Below are positions 8,279 through 18,453 of a stretch of 32,000 nucleotides of DNA, one piece after another. Source of the stretch: Crocosphaera subtropica ATCC 51142. Its GTDB lineage: Bacteria > Cyanobacteriota > Cyanobacteriia > Cyanobacteriales > Microcystaceae. The notes beneath the pieces were generated by a model that was given only the letters and a program-made list of their open reading frames with translations, did no database searches and had not been told where the DNA came from. The DNA lies in NCBI RefSeq assembly GCF_000017845.1, contig NC_010546.1:810001-842000 (forward strand). Direction: 5' to 3'. The translations under genes and the position numbers were made by a program. The first letter of the stretch is position 1, and each line of letters starts with the position of its first letter.

Positions 8279-9349
8279 CTATGAAAGACTCATCTGAGAA
8301 GGATTGAGATATTGATAACTCAGATCAGAATCTTGCCAAACTTTGCCATCTAAGGCCATCTGTTCGATTAAACTGGCTAAACGTAACGCTTTTAACGCCT
8401 GAGTTCCTCCCACAGAAGGTTGATCTCCACCTCTAACACAATGGACAAAATGTTCTAATTCGGCGTGTAGCGGTTCTATTTTGGTGGTATGGACTTTTTC
8501 AATTAATCCATCTTGACGGTATAAAACCTGTCCGTAGTCGGTGCTATAGTTGGCAGTGGTTTGTCGGTGAATTAAAATATCGTTGTTGAGAAAATCCGCT
8601 TCCGTTAAACAGTTTTTACAATGGGCTGCTAAACGACGAATTTTACGATGGGTCACTTTACTTGCTGTTAGGGTGGCCACAATGCCATTGGCAAATCCCA
8701 GGGTGGCCGTTACATAATCGAGATGACCCGAATTAGAGGCACAACTACCACTGGCGGTGAGTTTGACCACAGGAGAACCGACTAACTCTAAGAGTAAATC
8801 AATATCGTGGATCATTAAATCCAACACCACAGAAACATCATTAGCCCGTTGAGAATAAGGACTCATGCGATGGGCTTCTAAGGCTAAAACTTCTTCAGTT
8901 TTCAAGACTTTGCTCAGTTCTTGAAAAGCCGGGTTAAACCGTTCAATATGACCTACCTGGAGAATACCATGAGAACTAGCAGCCGCATTGACTAAAGATT
9001 CTGCTTCTGCGATACTAGCAGCGATGGGTTTTTCAATAAGGGTGTGAACCCCTGCCCGTAAACAGTCCATCCCCACCGAGTGATGCAAGCGAGTAGGAAC
9101 GGCAATACACACTGCATCGACATGGGGCAGAAGATCCTGATAATTCTCAAAGAAACGCACTCGATATTTACTCGCAATATCGATTCCCCGTTCAACATTA
9201 ACATCAGAAACGCCGACTAATTCCACATCTTTAAGTAAGCTGAGAATTCGGCTGTGATGTTGTCCCATGTTACCCACTCCGATAACACCAATACGAATGG
9301 GATCGAAAATGCTTCTTTGGGATGTTAAGGGTTTTTGTGTATCTGACAT
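8279..9349 (-). CDS. Gfo/Idh/MocA-family NAD(P)-dependent oxidoreductase
   Basis: N-terminal Rossmann motif IRIGVIGVGNMGQHH and an EKP motif (LIEKPIA). The track start at 9382 is TTG. The ATG at 9349 (MSDTQKP) has AGGAG about 9 nt upstream. Confidence 0.85.
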   Translation of the reverse strand: MSDTQKPLTSQRSIFDPIRIGVIGVGNMGQHHSRILSLLKDVELVGVSDVNVERGIDIASKYRVRFFENYQDLLPHVDAVCIAVPTRLHHSVGMDCLRAGVHTLIEKPIAASIAEAESLVNAAASSHGILQVGHIERFNPAFQELSKVLKTEEVLALEAHRMSPYSQRANDVSVVLDLMIHDIDLLLELVGSPVVKLTASGSCASNSGHLDYVTATLGFANGIVATLTASKVTHRKIRRLAAHCKNCLTEADFLNNDILIHRQTTANYSTDYGQVLYRQDGLIEKVHTTKIEPLHAELEHFVHCVRGGDQPSVGGTQALKALRLASLIEQMALDGKVWQDSDLSYQYLNPSQMSLS

Positions 9350-9495
9350 TTTCTGGGTCGCTCCTGTAAACTCCTCCACCAACTTTGATTGTCTCGCCTT
9401 TGCATCAGTTAGTTAATGAGTCAATCACCCAAGATGGTAACACAGTTTGCCAGAATGTAAAGAAATTGTAGGTATTTATCATCAGTTATGAGTTA

Positions 9496-10707
9496 TCAGT
9501 GACAAAGATGCCAACATTGTTGAGCGATCGCCCAATCTTCTTCGGTATGAATCACTAAAATTCTCACAGATGAGTTTTCTGTGGCAATATCTTCATCCAT
9601 AGGAGAGGATTCATTTTTTGTTTGATCTAATTTCAACCCTAAAAATTCAAAGGCTTCACAGGCTTTTTCTCGCACTAATACAGCATTTTCTCCTACCCCG
9701 GCGGTGAAGATTAAAACGTCTAATCCGCCTAAAACAGCTAACATCGAACCCATCTGCGATCGCAAACGATGAATATACATATCAAAGGCTAATTGGGCGC
9801 GAAAATTATGCTCTTTGATTCCCTGTAAAATAGCTCTAATATCGGCAGAAATTCCTGATACTCCTTTTAATCCAGATTCTTTATTTAATAGGGTATTTAA
9901 GTCATCAGGAGTCAAGGAATATTCTCGCATTAAATAAATTAAAATCGCCGGATCAATCGAACCGCTACGGGTTCCCATCATCAACCCTTCTAGGGGAGTA
10001 AATCCCATCGTTGTATCGATACTTTTACCGTTTTTGATAGCAGTTAAAGAGCAACCATTACCCAGATGACAGTTAATTAATTTTAAGGAAGATAAGGGCT
10101 GATCCAAAATTTCGGCCGCACGATGGGCGCAATATTCGTGACTAATGCCATGAAATCCATAGCGACGAATTCCTTTTTCTAACCATTCAAAGGGCAAGGG
10201 ATAAGCAGCATTTTCTAAGGGAATGGTCTGATGAAATGCCGTATCAAATAGAGCAACTTGAGGTACATCTCCTAGGACGGTTTCGATAGCTTCTATTCCT
10301 TCAATATGACCAGGATTATGATTAGGGGCTAAAGGGATTAACTCAGTAATTTTCGCTTTCACTTCGGGGGTTATTTTTGTCGCTTCAGAATAGTTTTTTC
10401 CCCCATGAACCACTCGATGACCAACTACATTAATCTCACTTAAGTTATCAATTACTTTCGTTTGACCTTGGGTTAATGTCTCAAGCATCTTAGGAATTGC
10501 TTGTGCTTTATTTTCCTGATTTAAGGTTATGGTTTGTTTAATTTCGTTGGCTTTTACTGTTAAAATCCCTTCATTTTTTGAAACTGTCCAATCAATATTT
10601 CCCGTCCAAATGGGATCAGGGGAATGCTTAGGCAGACTGTTTCCTTCTATACTATATAAACAACTTTTTTGACTGCTCGATCCTGCATTGAGTACCAAAA
10701 TTTTCAT
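9496..10707 (-). CDS. ackA: acetate kinase
   Basis: MKILVLNAGSSSQK N-terminus, VGHRVVHGG, and RRYGFHGISHEY. Confidence 0.95.
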   Translation of the reverse strand: MKILVLNAGSSSQKSCLYSIEGNSLPKHSPDPIWTGNIDWTVSKNEGILTVKANEIKQTITLNQENKAQAIPKMLETLTQGQTKVIDNLSEINVVGHRVVHGGKNYSEATKITPEVKAKITELIPLAPNHNPGHIEGIEAIETVLGDVPQVALFDTAFHQTIPLENAAYPLPFEWLEKGIRRYGFHGISHEYCAHRAAEILDQPLSSLKLINCHLGNGCSLTAIKNGKSIDTTMGFTPLEGLMMGTRSGSIDPAILIYLMREYSLTPDDLNTLLNKESGLKGVSGISADIRAILQGIKEHNFRAQLAFDMYIHRLRSQMGSMLAVLGGLDVLIFTAGVGENAVLVREKACEAFEFLGLKLDQTKNESSPMDEDIATENSSVRILVIHTEEDWAIAQQCWHLCH

Positions 10708-10764
10708 GATCTTTTCTGAATAAAATCATGTTTTTATCATAGCTCTAAAATTAACTATTGAAGA

Positions 10765-10837
10765 CGCGCCCTGGAGGACTTGAACCCCCGACATCAGGTT
10801 TTGGAGACCTGCGTTCTACCAACTGAACTAAGAGCGC
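10765..10837 (-). tRNA. trnW: tRNA-Trp (anticodon CCA)
   Basis: Minus-strand reading GCGCTCTTAGTTCAGTTGGTAGAACGCAGGTCTCCAAAACCTG...GGTTCAAGTCCTCCAGGGCGCG folds into a cloverleaf. Features: 7-bp acceptor stem, D arm GTTC/GAAC, anticodon stem CAGGT/ACCTG, loop CTCCAAA, and T arm with GGTTCAAGTCC. The 3' CCA is not encoded. Confidence 0.9.
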
Positions 10838-10937
10838 ACGGTATGAGTCATAGTCAAGGACTATGCTCTAAGCCTTAACCATTATAGCGCAGTTTGATCC
10901 TTTTTTTGAGGTTATGTGCGCTATTTTTAAAGTCATT

Positions 10938-11300
10938 TTAAACAGGACGATCAAAACGCTGACGAATTCTGGTGGCTTTACCAACTCGGTTGCGTAAATA
11001 ATATAGTTTGGCTCGCCGTACTTTACCTCGACGGACAACTTTAATATCAGCAACCCTAGGAGAATGGAGAAGAAACACCCTTTCTACTCCCACCCCTTGG
11101 AATACCCTTCGCACGGTAATGGTTTCGTTAATGCCTCCATTCCGCATGGCAATGACGGTTCCTTCATAGGGCTGAACCCGCTCTTTTCCTCCTTCTCGGA
11201 TACGGACTCCTACCCGCACAGTGTCCCCAACATGGATAGTGGGTAAGTCCGTTTTGAGATATTCCGATTCTATATCTTTTATAATGGCTTGAACATTCAT
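10938..11300 (-). CDS. rplS: 50S ribosomal protein L19
   Basis: 120 aa with the typical L19 sequence ([36 protein letters not shown]). Confidence 0.95.
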   Translation of the reverse strand: MNVQAIIKDIESEYLKTDLPTIHVGDTVRVGVRIREGGKERVQPYEGTVIAMRNGGINETITVRRVFQGVGVERVFLLHSPRVADIKVVRRGKVRRAKLYYLRNRVGKATRIRQRFDRPV

Positions 11301-11360
11301 GGCTTTTGCAAAAACTCACAATTGACTATCTTATCTTACTGCGCAATAAAAATCAAGGTT

Positions 11361-11978
11361 TTAAAACTCAATACCGGCTTGGGCTTTAATCCCTTGTTCT
11401 TTGAAAGGATGTTTAATCATTTTCATTTCTGTGACGAGATCGGCAACTTCAATCACTTCAATCGGCGCACCCCTTCCTGTTAGTATAACATGGGTTTGTT
11501 GGGGTTTGTTTTGCAAGGCTTTAACCACAGTTTCGACCTTTAAATACCCCAACTTTAAAGCGACGTTTATTTCATCGAGTAACACTAATTTATACTCAGA
11601 ATTATTGATAAAAGAAACAGCTTTTTCCCAAGCTTGTTGGGCTTTTAAAATATCCCTGTCTCGATCTTGAGTTTCCCAGGTAAACCCTTCTCCCATCGCT
11701 AAAAACTCTAGTTGGTTTTCCCATTGACTTAAAACGGCTTTTTCAGCTGGTTCCCAGGCCCCTTTAATAAATTGAACGATCGCTACTCGAAAACCATGAC
11801 CTAGCGATCGCACGACCATTCCTAATGCTGCGGTGGTTTTCCCTTTACCGTTACCTGTGTTAACAATAATGAGGCCTTTTTCTTGGGATGCTTCTGCAAG
11901 ACGTTTTTCTTGAATTTCTTTCCGTCGTTGCATTTTTTGTTGATATTGTTCTGGAGAAAGGTTAGTATCAGTCGTCAT
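11361..11978 (-). CDS. cobO: cob(I)yrinic acid a,c-diamide adenosyltransferase
   Basis: P-loop NTGNGKGKTTAALG and the LDE motif (VLLDEI). The track start at 12035 is TTG; the ATG at 11978 (MTTDTNL) is more plausible. Confidence 0.88.
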   Translation of the reverse strand: MTTDTNLSPEQYQQKMQRRKEIQEKRLAEASQEKGLIIVNTGNGKGKTTAALGMVVRSLGHGFRVAIVQFIKGAWEPAEKAVLSQWENQLEFLAMGEGFTWETQDRDRDILKAQQAWEKAVSFINNSEYKLVLLDEINVALKLGYLKVETVVKALQNKPQQTHVILTGRGAPIEVIEVADLVTEMKMIKHPFKEQGIKAQAGIEF

Positions 11979-12046
11979 TTTAATCAGCCAGTCAGTCTTT
12001 ATGAATAAAAATATAAATCTTGCTAAAAATAACAAATCAATATTCT

Positions 12047-12670
12047 TTAGTTCTCTATAGATTCAATTTTATCAGACTCCCAAAAACTTTGAATCGAGTA
12101 ATCCAATTTTTGTAACATTTCTCGTAATAAAGGTAAACTTAAACCAATTACATTACTGTGACATCCTTCTATTTTTTCAATCAATACGCTTCCTTTTCCT
12201 TCTAAGGCAAAACTGCCGGCACATTTTAAGGGTTCTCCTGTGTTAACATAGGCTTCGATGGTGCGATCATCGATATCAGCAAAATACACTTTTGTTACAC
12301 CACAAGATAGTAACGTTTTTCCTTTTTTTCCATCTAAAAGTGCATGACCTGTGTATAAGGTTCCGTGATTATTTCTCATAATTTGCCAACGAGCGATCGC
12401 CTGTTCTGGGGAGTTCGGTTTACCATAAATCTTGCCATCAATGGCCAATACAGAATCACACCCTAATACTAAACAATCTTGATAGTTTTGAGCAACAATT
12501 TCGGCTTTACATTGTGCTAAAATTTGAACCAATTTCATCGGGTTGGTTTCGCTAATTTGAGATTCATTAAAATCACTCGAACAAACAATCGGATTAATCC
12601 CTACCGTTTTAAGAAGTTTGAGACGAGCAGGAGAAGCAGAAGCGAGAACAAAAGGGGGAGATTGTTGCAT
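12047..12670 (-). CDS. maf: Maf-family nucleoside triphosphate pyrophosphatase / septum formation protein
   Basis: N-terminal [12 protein letters not shown] and GCDSVL motifs, with the typical length of about 200 aa. Confidence 0.9.
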   Translation of the reverse strand: MQQSPPFVLASASPARLKLLKTVGINPIVCSSDFNESQISETNPMKLVQILAQCKAEIVAQNYQDCLVLGCDSVLAIDGKIYGKPNSPEQAIARWQIMRNNHGTLYTGHALLDGKKGKTLLSCGVTKVYFADIDDRTIEAYVNTGEPLKCAGSFALEGKGSVLIEKIEGCHSNVIGLSLPLLREMLQKLDYSIQSFWESDKIESIEN

Positions 12671-12787
12671 TTTTTAATAGTTTTTTGTAGTTTTTAGATA
12701 AAAAAGATAAAAGATATTGTTAAACTTTTAATCATCTGTAAATAGTTGAGAGATACAATTATTTAACAACATCTCCATCTAAATTAT

Positions 12788-12815
12788 ATCGTATCTCATT
12801 CTTATGAGATACGAT
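12788..12815 (-). terminator. stem-loop downstream of the psbP-like gene
   Basis: ATCGTATCTCAT (12788-12799) pairs with ATGAGATACGAT (12804-12815), a perfect 12-bp stem with loop TCTT. The minus-strand tail ATAATTTAG is only weakly U-rich. Confidence 0.3.
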
Positions 12816-12861
12816 TTCACCTTTTACTATTGCCTATTCCCTAGTGGGTAGCATTATATAA

Positions 12862-13413
12862 TTAATACACTGAAAAAGAATTTACTGAAGTTTCAAACAA
12901 GTCTTTAACTTTATCCCAACGTTTTTGCAGTGTAGACAAATTAAAGGTAAAAAGTTTACCACGACTGACTGCAATACTAGCAAGATTATGGCGTTGATCT
13001 TGATTGGGTAAGGTCACTTCGTATTCTAAATTATAATAAGTTTTTCCTTCTACTTCTCTAGATTCGGCATTAATTAAATCTACTTTTCGACCATTATTTT
13101 TATTATTATTCATTTGTTTTAATAAATAATATCCCACTTCTGTTGGGGTTCCTAATGCGGTTAAGGTTTTTTCTTCATCAACATCACTAACAATTACACT
13201 TAGGTTTTCAGTGGGTTCAATCAGATCCCGAAAAATGACATCAACTCCCTGAGACGACTGCTTAACATCTACTCCAACCCAACCGTTAGGATAAAGGAAT
13301 TGATAGCCATCTGCCGAGTCGACATAACTTTGTAAACCACCTAACCCTATAGAGCAACTAAATAGAGTTAAACTTATGAGGGTAAGGACAATAACTCTTA
13401 AAGACTTAAACAT
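12862..13413 (-). CDS. psbP: PsbP-like lipoprotein (CyanoP family)
   Basis: Lipoprotein-type signal (LTLFSCS). PsbP-domain hallmarks include DGYQFLYPNGW and VSRGKLFTF. Confidence 0.85.
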   Translation of the reverse strand: MFKSLRVIVLTLISLTLFSCSIGLGGLQSYVDSADGYQFLYPNGWVGVDVKQSSQGVDVIFRDLIEPTENLSVIVSDVDEEKTLTALGTPTEVGYYLLKQMNNNKNNGRKVDLINAESREVEGKTYYNLEYEVTLPNQDQRHNLASIAVSRGKLFTFNLSTLQKRWDKVKDLFETSVNSFSVY

Positions 13414-13603
13414 AGATTTTTCCTAACTTTAGCGGTTCCATTGTCTCATTGGAGTGGGAATCTTGTCATCTTCGATCAACGAGGTTTCTGCCTCCTTCAT
13501 AACAGCATTTAACGTCAACCATCGTTAAAATGTAGCTAAAGTTTCCCCTTTGTTGAGACAGAGGGTGGACAATGAAGATACGATCCCTATCTAATACGTC
13601 AAC

Positions 13604-14527
13604 GTGGAACTCAAACAAGTTATCATTGCTTATAAAGCAGGAGACACCCAGAGTAAACAATGGGCGCAACAGTGCGCTAGAGAACTAGAAGCCCTTGATT
13701 GTAAAGTATTAATGGGGCCAAGTGGTTATAAAGATAATCCCTATCCCGTGTTTCTTTCCTCCGCTTCAGAAAAAATTGATTTAGCCATTGTTTTAGGGGG
13801 AGATGGAACCATTTTAGCTGCTGCCCGACAATTAGCCCCAGAAAGCATTCCTATTTTAGCGGTGAATGTAGGAGGACATTTAGGCTTTTTAACCGAACCT
13901 TTTGAATTGTTTAAAGATACCCAACAAGTTTGGGATCGTCTGCGAAGCGATCGCTATGCGATGTTACAGAGGATGATGTTAGAAGCTAGGGTGTGTGAAG
14001 GCGATCGCTGTTCCCCTCAGTCGAGTAGCGATCGCTTCTATTGTCTCAACGAAATGTGCATTAAACCGGCTAGTATCGACCGAATGCCCACCGCTATCTT
14101 AGAACTAGAAGTCGATGGGGAAGTGGTGGATCAATATCAAGGGGATGGCTTATTAGTGGCGACTCCTACTGGTTCAACCTGTTACACGGCCTCTGCTAAT
14201 GGGCCTATTATTCACCCTGGAATGGATGCGATCGCTGTTACTCCCATTTGCCCTTTAAGTCTGTCGAGTCGTCCCATTGTTATTCCACCCGGTTCGGTGG
14301 TGGATATTTGGCCCCTAGGAGATTATGAATTAAATACTAAATTATGGACTGATAGTTCTTTGGCTACGTCTATTTGGCCCGGTCAATGGATATCAGTAAA
14401 AATGGCCCATTGCATGGCTAGGTTTATTGTCTTACGAGAAAATTATTCTTTCTATCAAACCCTACGAGAAAAATTACAATGGGCAGGAACAAGAATTCAT
14501 TTTGATAATAATCATCGGGTTAATTAG
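13604..14527 (+). CDS. nadK: NAD+ kinase
   Basis: GGDGT motif. DGLLVATPTGSTCYTASANGPI matches the NadK consensus. GTG start; no in-frame ATG lies upstream. Confidence 0.9.
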   Translation: MELKQVIIAYKAGDTQSKQWAQQCARELEALDCKVLMGPSGYKDNPYPVFLSSASEKIDLAIVLGGDGTILAAARQLAPESIPILAVNVGGHLGFLTEPFELFKDTQQVWDRLRSDRYAMLQRMMLEARVCEGDRCSPQSSSDRFYCLNEMCIKPASIDRMPTAILELEVDGEVVDQYQGDGLLVATPTGSTCYTASANGPIIHPGMDAIAVTPICPLSLSSRPIVIPPGSVVDIWPLGDYELNTKLWTDSSLATSIWPGQWISVKMAHCMARFIVLRENYSFYQTLREKLQWAGTRIHFDNNHRVN

Positions 14528-14617
14528 ATTAATAAGAATTATTACCCATTACAAATTATCTAAAACTAGCTCTTAAAATGCTAAAGTAATAACCTGATCT
14601 ATAGAAAATAATTAACC

Positions 14618-14977
14618 ATGAGTTGGACAAAAGTGCTTACTGTTGATGACCTGCCGATGGGATCTCGTCAAGTGGTAAAGACCGGAAACCATAACTTATT
14701 ATTGTTGAATCATAAGGGACAAGTTTATGCGGTAAAAAATAGCTGTCCTCATCTTAAGATTTCCTTGAAAAAAGCTAAAATTAACGAGGATGGTGATTTA
14801 GTTTGTCCCATGCACCGTAGTGCTTTTGATCTTACAACAGGGGCGGTAAAAGAGTGGACTCCTTGGCCTCCTTTAGTGGGAAAAGCCATGGGCATGATCT
14901 CTCAAGAAAAAGCCTTATCTGTGTTTCCTGTTAAAACAGAAGAGGGAAGTATCTGGGTTGATTTAACCGATAGTTAA
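14618..14977 (+). CDS. Rieske [2Fe-2S] domain protein
   Basis: CPH (SCPHLK) and CPMH (VCPMHRSAFD) ligand boxes at Rieske spacing; 119 aa. Confidence 0.85.
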   Translation: MSWTKVLTVDDLPMGSRQVVKTGNHNLLLLNHKGQVYAVKNSCPHLKISLKKAKINEDGDLVCPMHRSAFDLTTGAVKEWTPWPPLVGKAMGMISQEKALSVFPVKTEEGSIWVDLTDS

Positions 14978-15059
14978 GCCTTATTTTCTTTCCATAGACA
15001 GAGGCGTTTTTAATAACGTCTCGATACCATCAACTTGATGGTTAAATTGATGAAAGGTC

Positions 15060-16676
15060 ATGGGAAGTTTAATTGAGTTTGAGTTATTTGCTCCTTATAA
15101 TAAGGGTGCAACCGTAAAAGGGTCTTTTTCTGATTGGTCAGAGATTGAAATGGAAAAAGACGAAAAGGGTTATTTTCGCACAAAAGTAGAATTAGAAGAT
15201 GGGGTTTATGAATATAAATTCCGTGTGCAAAGTCAATCTCCTTTTTTAGATCCCGATGAATGGGTAGAAATTAACGATCCTTATGCAAAAGAGGTAAGCA
15301 AAGAATGTACTAATAGTCTCGTTCGTGTTAAGGATGGGGAAAAAGTCATTGATACTTATAGTTGGAAAAATGACGCTCATTCCTTATCGAGTAACAATAG
15401 TTTAGTCATTTATGAATTATTTATAGATAAATTTTCGGATAATTTTCAAGGGGTTATAAATAAATTAGACTATTTAAGTGAATTAGGCATCAATGCTATA
15501 GAATTAATGCCCGTACAAGCCTTTCCTGATGGAAAAAAATGGGGTTATACACCTTGTTATTATTTCGCTACTGAACCGACTTATGGTTCTTCAGAAGACT
15601 TAAAACGTTTGATTGATGAATGTCACGGTAGAGGAATTCGTGTTTTACTTGATTGTGTCTTTAATCACTCTGATCCCGACGCATCCTTAACTCAAATTGA
15701 TTATAATTATTGGTATCGAAAAGAACCCAAAGATCCAGAAAATAACTGGGGGCCAGAATTTGATTATCAACATTATGACGATCATTTAGATATTAAACCA
15801 GCTTGGCAATTTATCGGCGATGTGGTTAAGTTTTGGGTTGAAGAATATCATATTGATGGGTTTCGTTACGATGCAGCTAATCAAATTGATCACTACGAAT
15901 TTTTAGACTGGCTGAGTGAACAAGCCCGAAACGCTTCTGGCAATAAACCCTTTTTTAACACCGCAGAATATATTCCAGAAGATCCTAATTTAGCTGGTTA
16001 TAATCAACCGATGGATAGTTGTTGGCATGAAAGTTTTTATCAGCAAGCTATTGCTCATATTTGTGGAGATCATTGTAATTTAGACCAGCTAAAAGAAGTG
16101 ATCAATTGTCAAAAACAAGGTTATCAAGGGGCTATTAGTGCCATTAATTATATTTCTTGTCACGATCATCAATCGGTATTCAGTGAATTAGGCGATCGCA
16201 ATATTTTTGAAGAAGAAGCCTTTCAAAGAGCCAAGTTAGGGGCTATATTATTGATAACATCCATCGGTGTTCCTTTAATTTGGATGGGCAATGAATTCGG
16301 CGAATATGATGCAGATGCAGAATCAAGTATTAATTGGGACTTGTTAGAAAATGATAGCAACCAAACCCTTTTGAAGACTTACAAAAAATTGATTGCCTTA
16401 AAAACTAAAAATAATGCCTTACATACCGATAATATCGACTTTATCCACGAAGATATTGACAACAAAATTCTAGTTTATCACCGTTGGAATAACGAAGATT
16501 CTCGTGTGGTTGTTGTCCTTAATTTTTCAGGGAATTCTTTTTCAGATTATAAGATTCCTAATTTTCCTAATTCTAACCATTGGCAAGATTATCTAAACGA
16601 CGAAACTTATGAAGCATCAGACAATCAACTAATTTTGAATATAGGAGCGTACGAAGGTAAAATATTAGTTAGTTGA
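15060..16676 (+). CDS. glycoside hydrolase family 13 (alpha-amylase family) with an N-terminal CBM48/E-set-like domain
   Basis: The four conserved GH13 regions are present: DCVFNHSD, GFRYDAANQI, the Glu region (NTAEYIP) and SCHDH. The N-terminal ~90 aa resembles the glycogen-binding domain (YEYKFRV). Confidence 0.88.
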   Translation: MGSLIEFELFAPYNKGATVKGSFSDWSEIEMEKDEKGYFRTKVELEDGVYEYKFRVQSQSPFLDPDEWVEINDPYAKEVSKECTNSLVRVKDGEKVIDTYSWKNDAHSLSSNNSLVIYELFIDKFSDNFQGVINKLDYLSELGINAIELMPVQAFPDGKKWGYTPCYYFATEPTYGSSEDLKRLIDECHGRGIRVLLDCVFNHSDPDASLTQIDYNYWYRKEPKDPENNWGPEFDYQHYDDHLDIKPAWQFIGDVVKFWVEEYHIDGFRYDAANQIDHYEFLDWLSEQARNASGNKPFFNTAEYIPEDPNLAGYNQPMDSCWHESFYQQAIAHICGDHCNLDQLKEVINCQKQGYQGAISAINYISCHDHQSVFSELGDRNIFEEEAFQRAKLGAILLITSIGVPLIWMGNEFGEYDADAESSINWDLLENDSNQTLLKTYKKLIALKTKNNALHTDNIDFIHEDIDNKILVYHRWNNEDSRVVVVLNFSGNSFSDYKIPNFPNSNHWQDYLNDETYEASDNQLILNIGAYEGKILVS

Positions 16677-16720
16677 GGCTCGAATTTTGAACAAGGTGGC
16701 ATTATAGCCATCTTTGATGA

Positions 16721-17005
16721 TTAGTTTTGATTTTCTAGTTCACTTAATCTCGCTTCAAGATTTCTGAATCTTGGTTCAATATCGAGATGTTCAGATTCAT
16801 TGGTGATACTATAACCGATTAACTGTTCAATTCGTCTTTCGTTACGGTTAGACCTTTCGATAAATCGGTTCATCTCCTCAATCATTACTTGTAACGTCTC
16901 TCTTTCTCTTTCTTGTGCCTCCCGTAATTCAAACTGACTTTCTTGCAGTTGTCTTTGAACTGCTAACATCCCCTCAATGGTTTTCTGGATTTCTTCAAAG
17001 GTCAT
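16721..17005 (-). CDS. hypothetical coiled-coil protein (94 aa)
   Basis: The ATG at 17005 is preceded by AGGAG about 10 nt upstream; the track's first codon at 17008 is TTG. Heptad-like, E/R/Q-rich sequence. No family recognised. Confidence 0.55.
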   Translation of the reverse strand: MTFEEIQKTIEGMLAVQRQLQESQFELREAQERERETLQVMIEEMNRFIERSNRNERRIEQLIGYSITNESEHLDIEPRFRNLEARLSELENQN

Positions 17006-17040
17006 CAATGATAAACTCCTAGTAGAATCGTTTTCAGAAT

Positions 17041-17080
17041 GTCCCCTGCTGGCCGCCAGGGGACTCCTCTTTTCCTTTTT
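17041..17080 (+). terminator. plus-strand intrinsic terminator
   Basis: GTCCCCTG (17041-17048) pairs with CAGGGGAC (17057-17064), a GC-rich 8-bp stem with an 8-nt loop, followed by TCCTCTTTTCCTTTTT. The minus strand has no U-tail. Confidence 0.55.
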
Positions 17081-17220
17081 ATTATCCGTGAATAATCATT
17101 CATTGAAAAACTATGAGGCTAAAAGCAGAGATGATAATTCTTCTAGCTGGTCTAAAAATGGCTATAAATCGAAAGATGATGTATTAATAGTCCTATGATA
17201 AAAATCTAAAAGGAAAATCT

Positions 17221-18453
17221 ATGTCGTCACCGTCTAAGCGAATATTATTTATTAGCAATGGCCATGGAGAAGATAATCATTCATCCTACGTCATTGAAAC
17301 CCTATTACAACTGTATCCTAATCTAGAGGTGGCGGCCATGCCTATTGTGGGGGAAGGGAACGCCTATCGTCGCTTAAATGTTCCTATCATTGGCCCAACC
17401 CAAAATATGCCCTCTGGCGGTTTTTCTTATATTAATCGTTTGCGTCTTCTCACCGACTTAAAAGCGGGGTTAGTGGGGTTAACCTGGCAACAGTTACAAG
17501 CAGTGTGGCAATATGCCCCCAGTTGCGATTTAATTATGGCTACGGGTGACACCGTATCCCAAGGGTTTGCTTATTCCACGGGTTACCGTTACGTCTCTTT
17601 TATTTCTTGTTTATCTGCTTTATACGAAGGAACGTTAAACGTTGGGCCGTTTATCGGAACTTTTTTGCGATCGCCTCGCTGTTTAGGGGTGTTTACCAGA
17701 GATCCTTACACGGCAAAAGATTTAAAAAAACAAGGCATCAGTAAAGCCCAGTTTGGGGGTATTCCTTCCCTCGATAAATTACAACCCACAGGGAAAGATT
17801 TAGCATTAAAGTCAGATGTTCCGATGATTGCTTTATTGCCAGGATCACGACTACCGGAAGCGGTTCGTAATTTTAAACTACAACTTAATCTTATCTTAGA
17901 AATTGTTAAAATAATGCCCCCTGAAAACATACAATTTCGGGCTGCTTTGGTTCCGAAAGTGATGCAAGAATTAGCAACCATAGCCAATAGTGAAGGTTGG
18001 CAATATAAAGATAATCAATTAAGCAAAAAAACTGAACAGGGAACCGTCGAAGTATTCTGTTATTCTGATGCGTTTAATGATATTTTACACAACTGTACAT
18101 TGATGTTAGGCATGGCAGGGTTAGCAGTGGATCAAGGTATTGCATTGGGTAAACCCGTTATTCAAGTCCCCGGCGAAGGTCCCCAATTTACCTATGAATT
18201 TGCTGAGGCCCAAAACCGTCTCATTGGCAGTTGCGCCCAAACTATCGGCCAAGGACCAGCGACCCCTGAAACCCTCACAGAAGCAGCGAAATGTGTGGCT
18301 AAAACCGTCACTAATGAATCTTATTTACAGGAGTGCGAAGAGAAAGGAAAAGCCCGTTTTGGACCCCCTGGGGCTTCTGAAAGAATTGCCCGTTTTTTAT
18401 TGTCTCATTTGGGAGTTAATCAAGATAGGGAACAGGGAACAGCGAGTATTTAA
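17221..18453 (+). CDS. lipid-A-disaccharide synthase-related protein (LpxB-like, cyanobacterial type)
   Basis: N-terminal ILFISNGHGED and overall glycosyltransferase-B-like layout (LLPGSR, GMAGLA), as in the cyanobacterial LpxB-related family. The last four codons and the stop lie inside an inserted palindromic element. Confidence 0.78.
   Translation: MSSPSKRILFISNGHGEDNHSSYVIETLLQLYPNLEVAAMPIVGEGNAYRRLNVPIIGPTQNMPSGGFSYINRLRLLTDLKAGLVGLTWQQLQAVWQYAPSCDLIMATGDTVSQGFAYSTGYRYVSFISCLSALYEGTLNVGPFIGTFLRSPRCLGVFTRDPYTAKDLKKQGISKAQFGGIPSLDKLQPTGKDLALKSDVPMIALLPGSRLPEAVRNFKLQLNLILEIVKIMPPENIQFRAALVPKVMQELATIANSEGWQYKDNQLSKKTEQGTVEVFCYSDAFNDILHNCTLMLGMAGLAVDQGIALGKPVIQVPGEGPQFTYEFAEAQNRLIGSCAQTIGQGPATPETLTEAAKCVAKTVTNESYLQECEEKGKARFGPPGASERIARFLLSHLGVNQDREQGTASI

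Noticed and set aside
9483-9503. Imperfect heptamer run CAGTTAT GAGTTAT CAGTGAC at the ackA stop
   Set aside because: It looks STRR-like, but three imperfect units are too short to call a repeat element.
10846-10930. Two imperfect hairpins between rplS and tRNA-Trp (CATAGTC/GACTATG, and ATAGCGCA/TGCGCTAT with a 25-nt loop)
   Set aside because: They are plausibly processing or spacer structure of an rplS-trnW co-transcript. The stems are short or the loops large, so I did not call them terminators.
10868-11053. 61-aa minus-strand ORF
   Set aside because: It overlaps rplS in another frame and extends into the rplS-tRNA spacer.
11289-11483. 64-aa plus-strand ORF
   Set aside because: It spans the rplS start and the cobO 3' end on the opposite strand, so it is a shadow frame.
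13466-13669. 67-aa minus-strand ORF
   Set aside because: It covers the divergent promoter region and overlaps the nadK start on the opposite strand.
16977-17198. 73-aa plus-strand ORF
   Set aside because: It reads straight through the GC-rich terminator hairpin at 17041-17064 and overlaps the start of the minus-strand coiled-coil gene.
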